Shown here in pieces: positions 39,201 through 51,976 of a DNA stretch of 64,000 nucleotides (position 1 is its first letter; each line of letters opens with the position of its first letter). The translations under genes and the position numbers were made by a program. The notes under the pieces were generated by a model. The model worked only from the letters and a program-made list of their open reading frames with translations. It did no database searches and was not told the DNA's origin. This stretch comes from Trichoplax adhaerens (lineage: Eukaryota; Animalia; Placozoa): positions 372,001-436,000 of the forward strand of contig NW_002060948.1 of the NCBI RefSeq assembly GCF_000150275.1, given 5' to 3'.

Positions 39201-41982
39201 CATAAATCTACTGTGTCTGCGTCGACTTTCTACAAGTCTATGTCGATGTCTAAAATAGTATACTTAGTAAATGGACTAATTCAGAACATTCCGATAAAAA
39301 ATAACTCCATCTCAACATTGAATTTGATCAATTGAATATTACTGAACTTGTTGGTAACGATAATAGGCAAAGGTGATTGATGCCATGTGGATAAAAACAA
39401 CCTATTTTATATTCACTTACTGTCAATAATGAGAATTTAATTGAATAATGATACGAATCAGAAAATGGACTAAGGTACGGTTGATAAAATACGAGTCTAG
39501 GACATATTTCACGTAGTAAGGATCATTTATCAACACCCTTGTTAAAGATGTAGAATAGTGTTGGATTACCGATGAAATGTAGTAATCTATCAGTAGATGC
39601 AGAATATCTTGCATATACAAATCAGAAAATAGACTAAGGTATGGTTGATAAAATACGACTCTAGGATATATTTCACGTGGTAAGGATCATTTATCAACAC
39701 CCTTTTATTAAAGATGTAGAATAGTGATGGATTACCGAAGAAATGTAGTAATCTATCAGTAGATGCAGAATATCTTGCATATACAATAATTAATTCTTGA
39801 CTAATATACCTGTCCTACTGTAATTGCCGATGAAAATTGGACACTTAAGACAAGAAATATAATCAAATCAAATCTGCACGACTTACCCAGCTAAATAAGC
39901 AATGGTACCAGAAGATGGATCACAAGTCAAACTGCTACAATTGGTAGCGGTTATACCAATTACTTGCTCCAGCTGGCACTACACTCCGGAAAAAATAAAT
40001 TGAATACAGTCATTCATAATTATAACAAAGCTTTAAAAATTACAAATACTCGCCATATGTATACACATACAAGGAAAGTATTTTTGTTAACTGTTGGATG
40101 ACAATTTTAATAATCGATGTAGAAAAATAACTGTACTATGGAAACAATATGGCGCATTAGATAGACAATTTCTTTTTCAAGGACGTGTAGATTAATCATT
40201 TTGAAATGATGATATATCGAGTATTTCTGTATGCAATAAGACTGTTGACTACAATAACTTGGCGTAGCAGTGTTGTATCATTATTAGGAAGGAAAATGAT
40301 GTCGATTGCTTTCCCTTTTAAAAGTAGTATGTACTGGTCATTTTGAATGATGATGCTATTTCTAATTAATAATGGATTGTCGGTTACCATCGATCGGTGC
40401 ATATGGAAGAAGTAATATATCACTATTATTCCTAAAAAATAATATAGACCATTTTAAACTGTAGTAGTGATGATACCAGTTAAGAATGATATTAAAATTA
40501 CATGGGATTACCGACTACTAGCAATCGCTCGGTGTAGAAATAGTCTACTATTAGTTAAGAATGGAAGACTATTTCTCCTAGTATCAATGTTAGAAGTGTG
40601 TGATCTTTACTTTCAATAACGATGATATTTCTGATCGCAATTTGATCGCTGACTGCAGTCGATCAGTGTAGTCATGTTTTATCGTCGCCATTGGAGAAAA
40701 TAATGTAGACTGTTTCCCTTCTACTGTAATAACTGTACGTATATCATGCAGGATCATTTCGGAATGATGATGCCATTTCTATCTGTAATTGGATCTCTGT
40801 CTACCGTAAAATCGATCAGTTTTATCATCATCACAGGATCATTTTGGAATGATGATGCGATATATATCCGCAATGTCATCGCTGACTACAATCAGCGGCG
40901 TTTTGATTGACACCCTAGGAGAAAGCGATCGATAGCCTATTTTTGCTTCTGATTACTCTATATCGTATTGAAAAGAGGATGTAATTTCTACTGACTACCA
41001 TCGATCAGTCTAGCAGCATTGAATCACATCCTAGGCCAAAATAATGTCGACTATTTCTTTTCTAGTAACAGTATAAGATACACGATCATCTTCAAATGGT
41101 GATGCGATTTGTAACAACAATTTAATAGACTGTCGTTGATGAAAATGATCTATGGTCAATCATTCGCCTTTCTAATTACGAGTTGTATGTATCGGAATTT
41201 GAAATGATGATACTGTTCCTATCCACAATTGGACTAATTGTAGTCGATCAAAGATGATGTACTATAAAATAGTTGGCTTTTCTAGCGATGCATCGATCAT
41301 TTTGAAACGATGATGGTGATTGTATGGGCAATATGATCGTTGACTACAACGGGTGAAAAGGATATCAATCAGTCAAATATCCTATCATCGTACCGGATAG
41401 CATCTTGGCAAATATCAAAGTGGTCTTATTCAATTCAACGCATGATGGACTCTCCATTTCTGGATATACGATAGATACCCAACGGTATTGGATGGGATAT
41501 GGGACCGATTCAAGTCTAATAAGTGATATCCTATGGTTCTTGTTGGTGAACTTGATATAGACTGATTCCCTAGTAACAGCATTGATTATTTAACATGACG
41601 ATGATGATATTTGTATGGACTACAATTCTAACTTAGCCAATGGCAACATTATCCAATTCATTCAATTTGATGGACATCGCATCGATTGCATGATAATCCT
41701 CTATTGAACTGCTCTTAAAGGATACTAAACGATTGAAAGTCTATTCAGTATCCAAATACTAAAAGCAACAATGAATACAGTCATGAACCGCAAAATCAAT
41801 GACTATGTGGTCAGAGAATGGATGTGGATTCTTGTGTCTATGATTGGGACTTGTTGTAAATGATAAAATTGGCTTCTTACCCTATCCGATAAAGGACTGA
41901 TTTCGCGTCTAACGGAGATTTTCCTCTTGGGCGATGACTTGGCCAATTTATCGGTAATAGACCTTTTCGCAAATAATGCCAT
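27236..41982 (-). CDS. MAPKBP1: MAPKBP1/WDR62-family WD40 protein (many exons)
   Basis: Exon 1 41982-41881. Then [63 protein letters not shown], multiple WD repeats, [17 protein letters not shown], and C-terminal [13 protein letters not shown]. Could equally be named a WDR62 co-ortholog. Confidence 0.9.
30628..30901 (-). repeat. Tandem exon duplication in MAPKBP1: two 78-nt phase-0 exons (30868-30791 and 30715-30638)
   Basis: Encode [26 protein letters not shown] and [26 protein letters not shown]; flanking intron sequence is also duplicated; period 153 bp. Confidence 0.9.
39138..39192. repeat. 26-bp tandem duplication (TCCACAATTAATCAATTTAACGATCA x2), intronic
   Basis: Copies start at 39138 and 39164. 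Confidence 0.85.
39456..39786. repeat. ~164-bp tandem duplication in MAPKBP1 intron 2
   Basis: Two highly similar copies starting AATCAGAAAAT at 39456 and 39620. Confidence 0.92.
40190..41640. repeat. Old degenerate tandem array (~85-150-bp units) in MAPKBP1 intron 1
   Basis: Recurrent (GA)TCATTTTG(G/A)AATGATGAT...TGACTAC...TCGATCAG anchors near 40195, 40338, 40610, 40752, 40836, 41085, 41198, 41295, 41585. Confidence 0.7.
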
Positions 41983-42016
41983 AGTCGTTGGTCTATCTTA
42001 CTGAATAGAATATTCA

Positions 42017-42047
42017 ATCTATCTATCTATATATATATATATATATT
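42017..42047. repeat. (TCTA)n(TA)n microsatellite just upstream of the MAPKBP1 ATG
   Basis: atctatctatctatatatatatatat. Confidence 0.8.
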
Positions 42048-43087
42048 GAAAAGTTAGACAGATGAAATCCAAGGAGAAAATTGGCTAGGGGGGAGGGAGG
42101 GGAGGGATAATGAACACAATTATTGGCCAACTTTTCCTTAATGTTGTGACGGGGATTTATAACATTCACTGGGTCCAATGATCGCAACAATTACGTACAA
42201 ATAGAGTAGAGTTGAATGGTTAAAAAAAGGAAAATACCAACGGCTACAGTGGTCAATTTTCAGTTGGAATTAAGTTAGAATAACTATCTCCACTCTTGAA
42301 CGCTACAAGTGTAGACTATTTGATAGACGATTGCTGATAGAAGAGCGCCATAGTTTTGCTCTATCAAACGCTTTACAACTCTTTGCAGCTACCAAACTTC
42401 AACTACTGCAGCAATTTATTCTCACTCAATTGCTCAATTCTTACTGACGATAGCCAGACAATTTCAACTGTAAAGAGACACAAGAGAGTTGTAGAATGCC
42501 TTCAAAAGGTGCAAATGATCCAATGAATATCCAATACGGATGAAAAGGACAGCAATAAGGTGGAAACGAGGATCGCCGATGTGATGGAACTAGGAATCAA
42601 GACTAAATTAGCATTAGAGTCGTTTGGATGAGGAAGGGCGGAGAAAGTGATGCTGAGAGTCGAGTGTATCGTACGGGTGATAGAGCGCTTAGGTGGCATC
42701 CCCATACACTATCTTGTAATAATAGATACAATATCGTCAGCTGACAGTATCATACGCTATGTATCGATCGCCAGCGGTGGCTGCCTTGGGTGTGATGCTT
42801 TTGGCGACCTTCATTTAAACGTTATGATTTTTGGGGAAAACGACAGAGTGTCCGTCTGTCTGTCGATCGAATGAGTCCTACGCTACTGGATGGACGGATT
42901 ACTGGCTTGGCTAGGGACGAGAAAAAATGGACGCATTTATTCAATTCATTTTCAGCCTTTTTTTCTCCAATCTTGGAATTCATGTTCATACATATTGTGC
43001 AATTCTTGAACGTGGCATAGAAAGGATAAAAATGGCTTTAGTAATCCCTGTCCAATTTCTATGGCTATGTACAGTACTATCGACCCA

Positions 43088-43689
43088 CATGAATAGCTTT
43101 AAGGACATTGCCCAACTTTGCAATGGCCTAAACTAAACCGTTGTCGACGGGACGCGTAGATGTACAAGAAACCAATGAATAATTGTGTCCTATTCGAGAT
43201 CATGAATGGCCTTAAGGACATTTCTTAACCTATTAATGGCCTAAACTAAACTAAACCGTTGTAAACGAAATCGTTGTATACGGGACGCGTAGATGTGCAA
43301 GAAGCCAATGAATAGTCGTGTCCCATGTTCGAGATCATGAATGGCTTGAAGGACATTTCCTAACCTATTAATGGCCTAAACTAAACCGTTGTAAACTAAA
43401 TCCTTGTATACGGGACGCGTAGATGTGCAAGAAGCTAATGAATAGTTGTGTCTTATTCGAGATCATGAATGGCTTTAAGGATATTTCCTAACCTATTAAA
43501 GGCCTAAACTAAACCGTTGTATACGGGACGCGTAGATGCGCAAGAAGCCAATGAATAGTTGTGTCCTATTCGAGATCATGAATGGCTTCAAGGACATTTC
43601 CTAACCTATTAATGGCCTAAACTAAACCGTTATATACGGAACGCGTAGATGCGCAAGAAGCTAATGAATAGTTGTGTCCTATTCGAGAT
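43088..43689. repeat. Tandem array, 5 units of 113-135 bp
   Basis: CATGAAT unit starts at 43088, 43201, 43336, 43464, 43577; length differences come from duplicated CTAAA / AAACGAAATCGTTGT pieces. Confidence 0.95.
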
Positions 43690-45690
43690 TTGCTGTGTTT
43701 TAAAATTCAAAATTCGAATTCATAGATTGCCAATCTACGGGATTAAAAAACATTCTCCACATACGGTACAGTAGGGATGAGAAATGCATGAATTAGATTT
43801 TGTATACCGCTGAATCGCTTGGAGGATATTTTCCAACCTCGAACTCCTCCTCTTTTTCCAATCTGAACCGTTGTATAGGTGTAATTAGGCATTAGCCCTC
43901 TCCGCCTTACATAAAGTTCTTAGCATATTTAGCTGAAAGTGTGCTACAGTATAGGACGCTTTCAGCTAAATATGCTAAGAACTTTATGTAAGATGGCGGG
44001 GGCTAGTGTGCAGACAGTATGTACAAGATGCTATGTGAACATGGGTGTCACATTGGAGATTTGCTCTATTTTAAAACTTAAACTTCCAGTTAGTGCATTG
44101 CAAATCTACGCGATTAAAATAAAAACATTCTCCACTTACAGTACAGTAGAAATAAGGAATGGATGGATTCGATCTGATATACTACTGTAGTGAATGGCTT
44201 TGAAGATATTTTCCAACCCCGCACTCGAACCGGTGTGCAGCACATGCATGTGTACAAGATGCTAAGTGAATATTGTGTCACATTACAAATTTGCTCTATT
44301 CTTAAAAGTTCAAACTTCCTGTTAGTGGATCGCGAATCTACGGAGTTAAAATAAAAAACTATTCTCCACAAACAGTACAGTAGGAATAAGGAATAGATAG
44401 ACTAGATTTTGTAAGCGTATAGGAGTGAATAGCTTGAGGATATTTTCCAACTACAGACTCAACCGGTGTGCAGGATACGTCCATATGTTCAAGTAGCTAG
44501 GTGAATATTGTGCCATATTAGAGATTTGCTCTATTTTAATATAAACTTAAACTTCGAAGTAGTGGATGGCGAATCCATAAAGTCAAAATAAAAACGTTCT
44601 CCATAGACTAGATTTTATACGCGCATAAGAGTGAATAGCTTGAGGATATTTTACAACGAAAGGCTCAACCAGTGTGCAGGATACGTGCATATGTACAAGT
44701 AGCTAGGTGAATATTGTGCCATATTAGAGATTTGCTCTATTTTAATATAAACTTAAACTTCGAAGTAGTGGATGGCGAATCCACAAAGTCAAAATAAAAG
44801 AACATTCTCCATAGACTAGATTTTATACGCGCATAAGAGTGAATAGCTTGAGGATATTTTACAACTACAGGCTCAACCGGTGTGCAGGATACGTGCATAT
44901 GTACAAGTAGCTAGGTGAATATTGTGTTCTATTAGAGATTTGCTCTATTCTAATAAAAACTCAAACTTCGAAGTAGTGGATTGCGAATCTACGGAGTTAA
45001 AATAAAAACATTCTTCACAGACAGTACAGTAGGAATAAGGAATAGATAGACTAGATTTTATACGCGTATGAGAGTGAATAGCTTGAGAATAATTTCCAAC
45101 TACAAACTCAACCGGTGTACAGAATACATGCATATGTACAAGTAGCTAGGTGAATATTGTGTCATATTAGAGATTTGCTCTATTTTAATAAAAACTTAAA
45201 CTTCGAAGTAGTGGGTTGCGAATCTACGGAATTAAAATAAAAAATGTTCTCCACAGACAGTACAGTAGGAATACGGAATGGATGGATAAGATCTTATATA
45301 CTAGTGAATAGCTTTGAGGATATTTTCCAACCCGGACTCAACCGGTGTGCAATATACGCGTATATGCAGTTTCCAAAAGGCTAAGCGAATACTTATGTCA
45401 CCTTACAAATTTGCTCTATTTTAAAAACTCAAACTTCGAATTAGTAGATTACGAACCTACGGGGTTAAAAAAATATTCGTCACGTATATTACAGTAGGAA
45501 TGGATAAATTCGATCTTATACACCAGTGAATAGCTTTGACGATATTTTCTAACCGGAACTGAACCCGCGTACAGTATACTCGCATACGAGTATGTACAAG
45601 AAGCTAAGTGAACATTTACGTCTTATTAGAGATTTGCTCTACTTTAAATATTCAATCTTCCAGTTAGTGGATTGCGAATCTACCGATTAA
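43640..45690. repeat. Tandem array of ~9 units, 206-235 bp
   Basis: Anchor (GAG/CAA)ATTTGCTCTATT near 43685, 44056, 44286, 44521, 44727, 44935, 45170, 45405, 45630. Two short units lack the CAGTACAGTAGGAATAAGGAAT segment. Confidence 0.95.
43889..44009. mobile_element. Foldback/MITE-like hairpin inserted in the ~230-bp array
   Basis: Perfect 34-bp inverted repeat 43906-43939 / 43959-43992, extended by imperfect pairing inward and outward (TAGCCC..CCGCC / GGCGGGGGCTA). The host unit is ~140 bp longer than its neighbours. Confidence 0.65.
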
Positions 45691-46840
45691 ACATTATATC
45701 CGTCAATGCGCCGTACCTGGCTAATGCAGCGCAGCTAAAAGAGGCTCATTAATTAATTATACGCGTATACAGTAGCCACGGTACTCGAGAACAACTCTCT
45801 TATTAATTATTGATTATTAATTACTTATTATTACTGGATATAGTAGTCTATGGCATACCTTACGTTACGTATTTACTAGTGCTGTTGCAAAACGGCGGAT
45901 GAAAAGTTGTACCATTTTATTTAAAGTATGAAATTTACTCGCTTTTAATATGAACATGAAGGGATACTCCAATATTTTTTATCGTCTGCACAACTTGGCA
46001 CAATTGACATAACCGAATATGGCATAGACCAAAGGCCAAAAATCAATTATTAATTAGTGCTATTTAAAGTTGACATTTTTGCCAGTTATATATCCCAATA
46101 TCGAAAGAAAACAGCTATGATAGAGTTGATGATAATTTAAAAACCAATAGACAGTACCGGTATTTATTTATAATTAAGGTGAAATAAGATAGCAAGGGAA
46201 CTAAAAAGTTGGACAGATACACTATTGCAATCATCCAGATATCAATACCACGATACAGTTTTACTACAAAGATAGAGCATACGCGTAGAATAGATTGCAA
46301 CTACATTTTTGTTACAGTTTTACTATAGCCATATTTATAGAAGAAATAGAACGAAATTAGGGATAGAATAATCTAGGATTAAATAGATGTATGTACTTTC
46401 GATTAACAGCTTGATAAAATGGTTAAAGGCCAAATAGAGAATAAATGAAGGACATATAATCATAATTTATTGTATGATACAACTTCGGACATAACCTTGA
46501 TATATAATTTTCCAGAAAAGAAGCACACAATGAAATAATCCGAATCAATTTTTATCCGACTATCGGTTTAAAACCGATTTCAAGCTAACAGTAAATATAA
46601 CTTTTTATGAACAAAAATTTACGAAGGAAATCATATGATGAATATAAAATCTACTGATATTCAATATTAAACTTGAACTGCACTTACAATGTGGAAATTT
46701 TTTACACGAAAGACAAAATGATATGACAAATCTTATACATTCGTCGATAGTTTCATTTTGGACTTCAATAATTATCGAATCTCTTATTACCCCACTTTAA
46801 TCATCCCAAGCCATAATCGATAACAAATAGATAATTACTA

Positions 46841-47794
46841 TCAGAATCTCCCGTTGAATCCAGATACTCTAGTTATACTTCTTGATATCGTACCCTGAAA
46901 ACGTGTCGATTTGACTATCTTGTGATAAACTACACAAATCTCTTTACGGATATCAGCAGTAAAATAAGCATAGATTAATGGTTGCAAGGCTGGATAACAA
47001 AAGGCGACATCACGTAAAATAACTGAAGCTTGTAGAATATCCGCAAAACGATAGATATCACTTAAAGCAATGGTAGATAATGTTAAAAAGGGTATTAAAA
47101 AGACAGCATAAAATGTAAAGACAATCATAGCTTGGATAACTGCTTTCTTTCTGAGTGCCAATTTACCACGGAGTAATCTCTCTATTGACGAAAAATGTCG
47201 ACGAGTACTAACAAATGCAACCCGATTATACTGGCGCAATTTAAGTAGATAGATAATCCGACCATACATAATAAGTAATAGCACAAGCAATAAAGTTGCC
47301 AATATTAACATTATCAGATGGCAAATATAATCAATTCTAATAAATTGTTGAACATCAATTAAGCTGCAATTTGCTAGTCGCTTGGAAAAGATACCATCGA
47401 TTATAGAGAATATTGGTACCGCAGTTGGTACTAACCAAACCAGTACAATAATAATGGATAAATGGCCAATCGTTGAGAATCGGTTATAACGAAATGGATA
47501 AGCAATAGCGAAATAACGTTCCGATATAATGACACAAGAGTGTAAATTTAAACTAATAAATAATGCTTGACCGAAACGATATAAAACAACACAAAGGATA
47601 CCAATTTTAAATGAGAAACCATCACCAAATCGAATTACTTCGTAAAGGCCCCACAAAAAACCATTAATAAGCATGCTTAGTAAAAGTACAGAAGATAATT
47701 GGTATAAATTCCGATTACATCTTATAAAAATGAATAAAGCACTATTAGTAATTATGGCAACAACTCCTGCTCCAAATACTACAGGACGCAACAT
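46841..47794 (-). CDS. Intronless rhodopsin-like (class A) GPCR, orphan
   Basis: Seven hydrophobic segments; TM1 N (ITN), TM3 Cys and ERYFAIAYPFRY, TM4 VWLVP, TM6 LIPF, TM7 QPLIY, helix 8. First in-frame ATG at 47794; an upstream exon is possible. Confidence 0.92.
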   Translation of the reverse strand: MLRPVVFGAGVVAIITNSALFIFIRCNRNLYQLSSVLLLSMLINGFLWGLYEVIRFGDGFSFKIGILCVVLYRFGQALFISLNLHSCVIISERYFAIAYPFRYNRFSTIGHLSIIIVLVWLVPTAVPIFSIIDGIFSKRLANCSLIDVQQFIRIDYICHLIMLILATLLLVLLLIMYGRIIYLLKLRQYNRVAFVSTRRHFSSIERLLRGKLALRKKAVIQAMIVFTFYAVFLIPFLTLSTIALSDIYRFADILQASVILRDVAFCYPALQPLIYAYFTADIRKEICVVYHKIVKSTRFQGTISRSITRVSGFNGRF

Positions 47795-50700
47795 GATATC
47801 CAATACCTCAATAAAATTAATTAACTTTAAGTAATCTATGCAGATAATGAATAATATCAGAGATGGAGCTAGTTTGAATAGTCTTTTGGAGGACTTAAAG
47901 CGTAAAAATAAAAAATGTCTCTATGTAGCAGATTCTTGAAGATAAATGCAATATCACTCTTAGTATATCGAATGCTTAATTATACGTAGACCGTTCTTTA
48001 ACTTGAAGTCTTTATAAATTCAAGAAGTGCTATAGCAGTGACGTGAAAATATTCTTTTTTCTATATAGGAGGATCCTAGCATATTTAATGAATTGACAAC
48101 TTATCAAGATGAAGATAATATCAATCAATATTGATTTATTCCTGTGAATACAAATTCGACCCTTGAAATTTCCTTCCTAGAAATATTGACATAAGTAATA
48201 TCTATGTGCACTCTGCAGGTTTAATAGTAGAACAATTGAAAATTTTTGCCAGTACCTAAAGCAATATAGGCTATATCTTCCAATACGTATTTAATAAATT
48301 ACCTTAAATAAAGCTAAATAACGCTAGTATTTTGCAAGCTTTATTGATGTCACGGTATAAAACTTGACAGACGATTACGACAATGATATTTCTTTTATAA
48401 CGGTATTATAACTTCAAAAATCGATTTTTTTGAGGGTTAAAAAAACAAAAAATTTAACCTCAACTATTATGTCAATAAAAATGTTCGAGCAAAACATAAT
48501 ACAAATTTTAAAGCACGAAATGGTAACGATTGCCTCTTAGAAGATACTCCTTTCAGGAAAATTATTGACATTAAAATAGCATGCCTCGATCCAATTTCAA
48601 ATGCAGTCTGTCCATTAGATCGAATTGATATTGATAGTCAAGAGGTGATTTCAACCTTAGGCGAAGAATAAACAGCATAGCAACCGATCAATTATACTAA
48701 TTGCAGGTTCTATTTAACAGTATAGATAATAAAAAACTAAGGTGGGCTTTAAAGCTTCTCATGAATGCATAAAGTATTCATTTTTTAAATGACAACATAA
48801 AATCAGACTTGAAGATCGAGGACAAAAAAATGATGATTTCACTCAGTAATTAAAAATAGTCAGACAGACTTTATTAAAAGTTACATCTATTGCCTGGATT
48901 GGATCTAGTCCACTCAATTATTTGATTTACAACAGTGAAGGTGAAGAATTTGATTTTTTAACTTATTATTCAAAATGTTCGGGCTGCTAAGATTAATAAT
49001 TGCATGCATCAGTTATCTCGTATTAACTCTTTAAAGTCGCTTTGTTTATATTAGTGACAGAAAAGTGAGTTATAATTTCTTTTACTTGAAATACTAGTCG
49101 TTTTTCTTTCTTGCTTAAGTCAATTTTGATTAAGAAATAGAACAATTAAGCTCAAAGAAACAGTTAAGCAATCAAATGTTGAATTCATCGGATATATTTA
49201 AATATCAATAACAGGCTTGACAATCTTTTATAGTCGTTATATCTGATTATTAATTGATTCCTTAAGGCATCGATCATTCTATTATCACAACTAAACCTTA
49301 AAGATTAAGATGGCTAAAGCTAAAGCAGTACTCAAGATGATCGATTTGAATGATATCGGCTCAAAATACTTGTGCTACGAGTATTTCAAGATATATGTTG
49401 CAAGAAATTAATACAGAATCATTTGGTATTAAATGCCTCTCATACTGTAGGTAATTCTATTCTGTTTCCTACAGAAAGACTTCGTCTAACTTTGCGATAT
49501 TCCACATAAAATAATGATATTTTTTATGTTAGGGATATCATTTGTAATTATAAGTATGGATGGAACCTGATTCTGTAAATATCTACTGTAGTGTAATTGT
49601 TTTAAATTATAAATTCAAAGTAAAACTAACTCAAAATTAGATACATTAGTACTACAGTTTTATTCGAGAAAGTAACTTATCCTAAAAACGGTAAAGCTTT
49701 CCTCTGCAATGACATGAAATGCAGGCAATATAGATTGCTACAGATTAACAGACTAGTAGATTTTAAAATTCCAGCTATACTTAATATTGATGTTGTGATC
49801 AAAGTAATAACTGGTCTGAATAATCATCTTCTCCATTTTATTGACTTTCTATTACAGTATTGTCACTAGTTTTATTTTTAAAATGAAAGCAATTTCGCAG
49901 TTAGAATGAAATTTCGGCATTGGAAAAATAGACCCAAACATTCAATATTTGCGTATTAATTTATAGGGTAATCATTGATATTTAATTACAGCCTACATCA
50001 ACTCGCTATTAACGTTCCAATCACTAAAAAACTACTCATTTATATTAATAAAGAAAGTAGAGATAATAAATTCGTACTTATTATCTAGCAATTAATTTAT
50101 AATTGTACTCGCTGTTAATAATTGATATGGCATTAATTCTATTGATATTAAATTTGTTAGCTTAGCGAATCATTCAAATTATCTACATCACTGTAAAATT
50201 TTGAGTATATGAAAAGTATGAGATATTAAAATGGAAGATATATTGAAAGAAATTTCAAAATCATGGTGATTATTGCTAACGCTGCCTGTTATTGTCGATG
50301 TTACTCCACTAAAACTACACTACTACATAGTATATTCTGTCTAAATGAACAGAAATTAGAAATTTTAATTCATTTTAGTGAACCTTCAAAACTAATCGTC
50401 TACTGTTATGACAGATATCGATGATATTATAGGTTTGCACTAGGAACTACTAAAAAGTCGCAAATGATTCTTAACTTGTCAAAAGCACCAAAAAAAGCGT
50501 AGTTTGATCATATGGGAAATGAATTATATTCAAATAACGTTGTATTGCTAGATGCCATAAGAAGAATCGACTTCGGTGTATTATGCTGTTACGGTGTTGC
50601 CTTGTCATTAGGATAGTTTAATAAGTACAGTAGTAGCTAGTATGGAGAATATCCATATTTGTAGTGCTAGGTAAGATAAATAATGCCTTAACGTGGATGT

Positions 50701-51874
50701 TGTTTGTAATAGTTCATTACATATTTGATATTGATCGTTATTGTATGACAGATAGCAGTAAGATGATTCAAGTTCTAGTTGATGATAGTTGAATTAGACA
50801 ACCGACGAGCTTAGATTAAGATTAAGTATGAGTAAGAGATTCAAAATATTTACAGATAGAAAAGTTATGTAAGGAACATCTCAGTTCGAGATGTTTCTCC
50901 TAGTAAGGTATAATAATAATACTGTTGTTGTTTACAAATTAGACGGTTCCTATATAAACGGGAACATTTGAGTTGAGTGGGGTGGTAAAAAGCAGTAGAT
51001 GTATCTTTGCTAATAAAAGTTTCATCTTTAGAGTATTTTGCTGTGTGTGTTTAATGTTAAGTAAAAGGGCGTTTAAGTCAGTAGCTACTTATAGACTTTT
51101 ACTGTACGTTACCTTGTCGCAGAAGTGAAATTGTGACATGCATACATACTGTGGATCAGTATGGAGCAAAATTGAATTTTCCAAATTGTTAAAATTTAGC
51201 AATTTTATATACGAAATCAACCTTGTCCTCCTGTGATTTTGACAACGACCAAAATGCACTAACTAAGTGTTCATATATTTATAGAAATAGGCATTACCGG
51301 TAATTAATTAGTAACATTCATAGTAAAGGTTTAACCTTTGGAAATGTCTATACACGCATACAGATGAAAGTAAAGCTCAAATATCTTAGGTTAAAAATAG
51401 TTTACGAAACTGTGAATTCAATAAAAGTTAACAAGTTTTGTCGCGCAAAATTAAAATGTAATACTGACGTCCAAGCTTAACGGCGTGCATTTAATACGTA
51501 TACTGTATCATGATTTTCCGCTTTAAAAGTTATAAATTTGGAGTGGATTTCAATTATAGTTAATATCCAATATTGGTATCAATGGGTACACTAGTATTTA
51601 CATAATATACTAAATCAAGTTATTAATTATATATGTAAGTATAGGCGGTATTTACTTATAACGAGTATATTTACCGAATTATACTGGATGGTTATAGTCA
51701 GAGCCATAGAGCTCCATTTCAGGTGAATTTAACGTTATTAAATACTGCATATGAAATGCTAAAAACTGCATAGTCTTTAGTAAAACCAATAATTCTGAAG
51801 TATGTCTATGGCTGAATTATCGTCAGCATCTTAGAACGTTTTCACATATTTCACAAGAGTTGTTAGAGTTTCGA

Positions 51875-51976
51875 CGTTTTGCGTAGAATTCTTTGTACAC
51901 TTTGTTTCAATTACCCTACCTATATATTATAAATTGATATTTCTAAATAAAACATCAAAGAGTTCTACGCAAAATG
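51875..51976. mobile_element. MITE-like element with 19-bp terminal inverted repeats
   Basis: TTTTGCGTAGAATTCTTTG (51877-51895) versus CAAAGAGTTCTACGCAAAA (51956-51974): 18/19 complementary, AT-rich 60-bp spacer. Confidence 0.5.

Noticed and set aside
42502-43136. Overlapping short ORFs in GC-richer DNA upstream of MAPKBP1
   Set aside because: No protein motifs; better explained as promoter or repeat-flank sequence.
43939-45133. Short ORFs 43939-44190, 44114-44371, 44945-45133
   Set aside because: They lie inside the array or hairpin, unit lengths do not preserve frame, and they show no recognisable domain.
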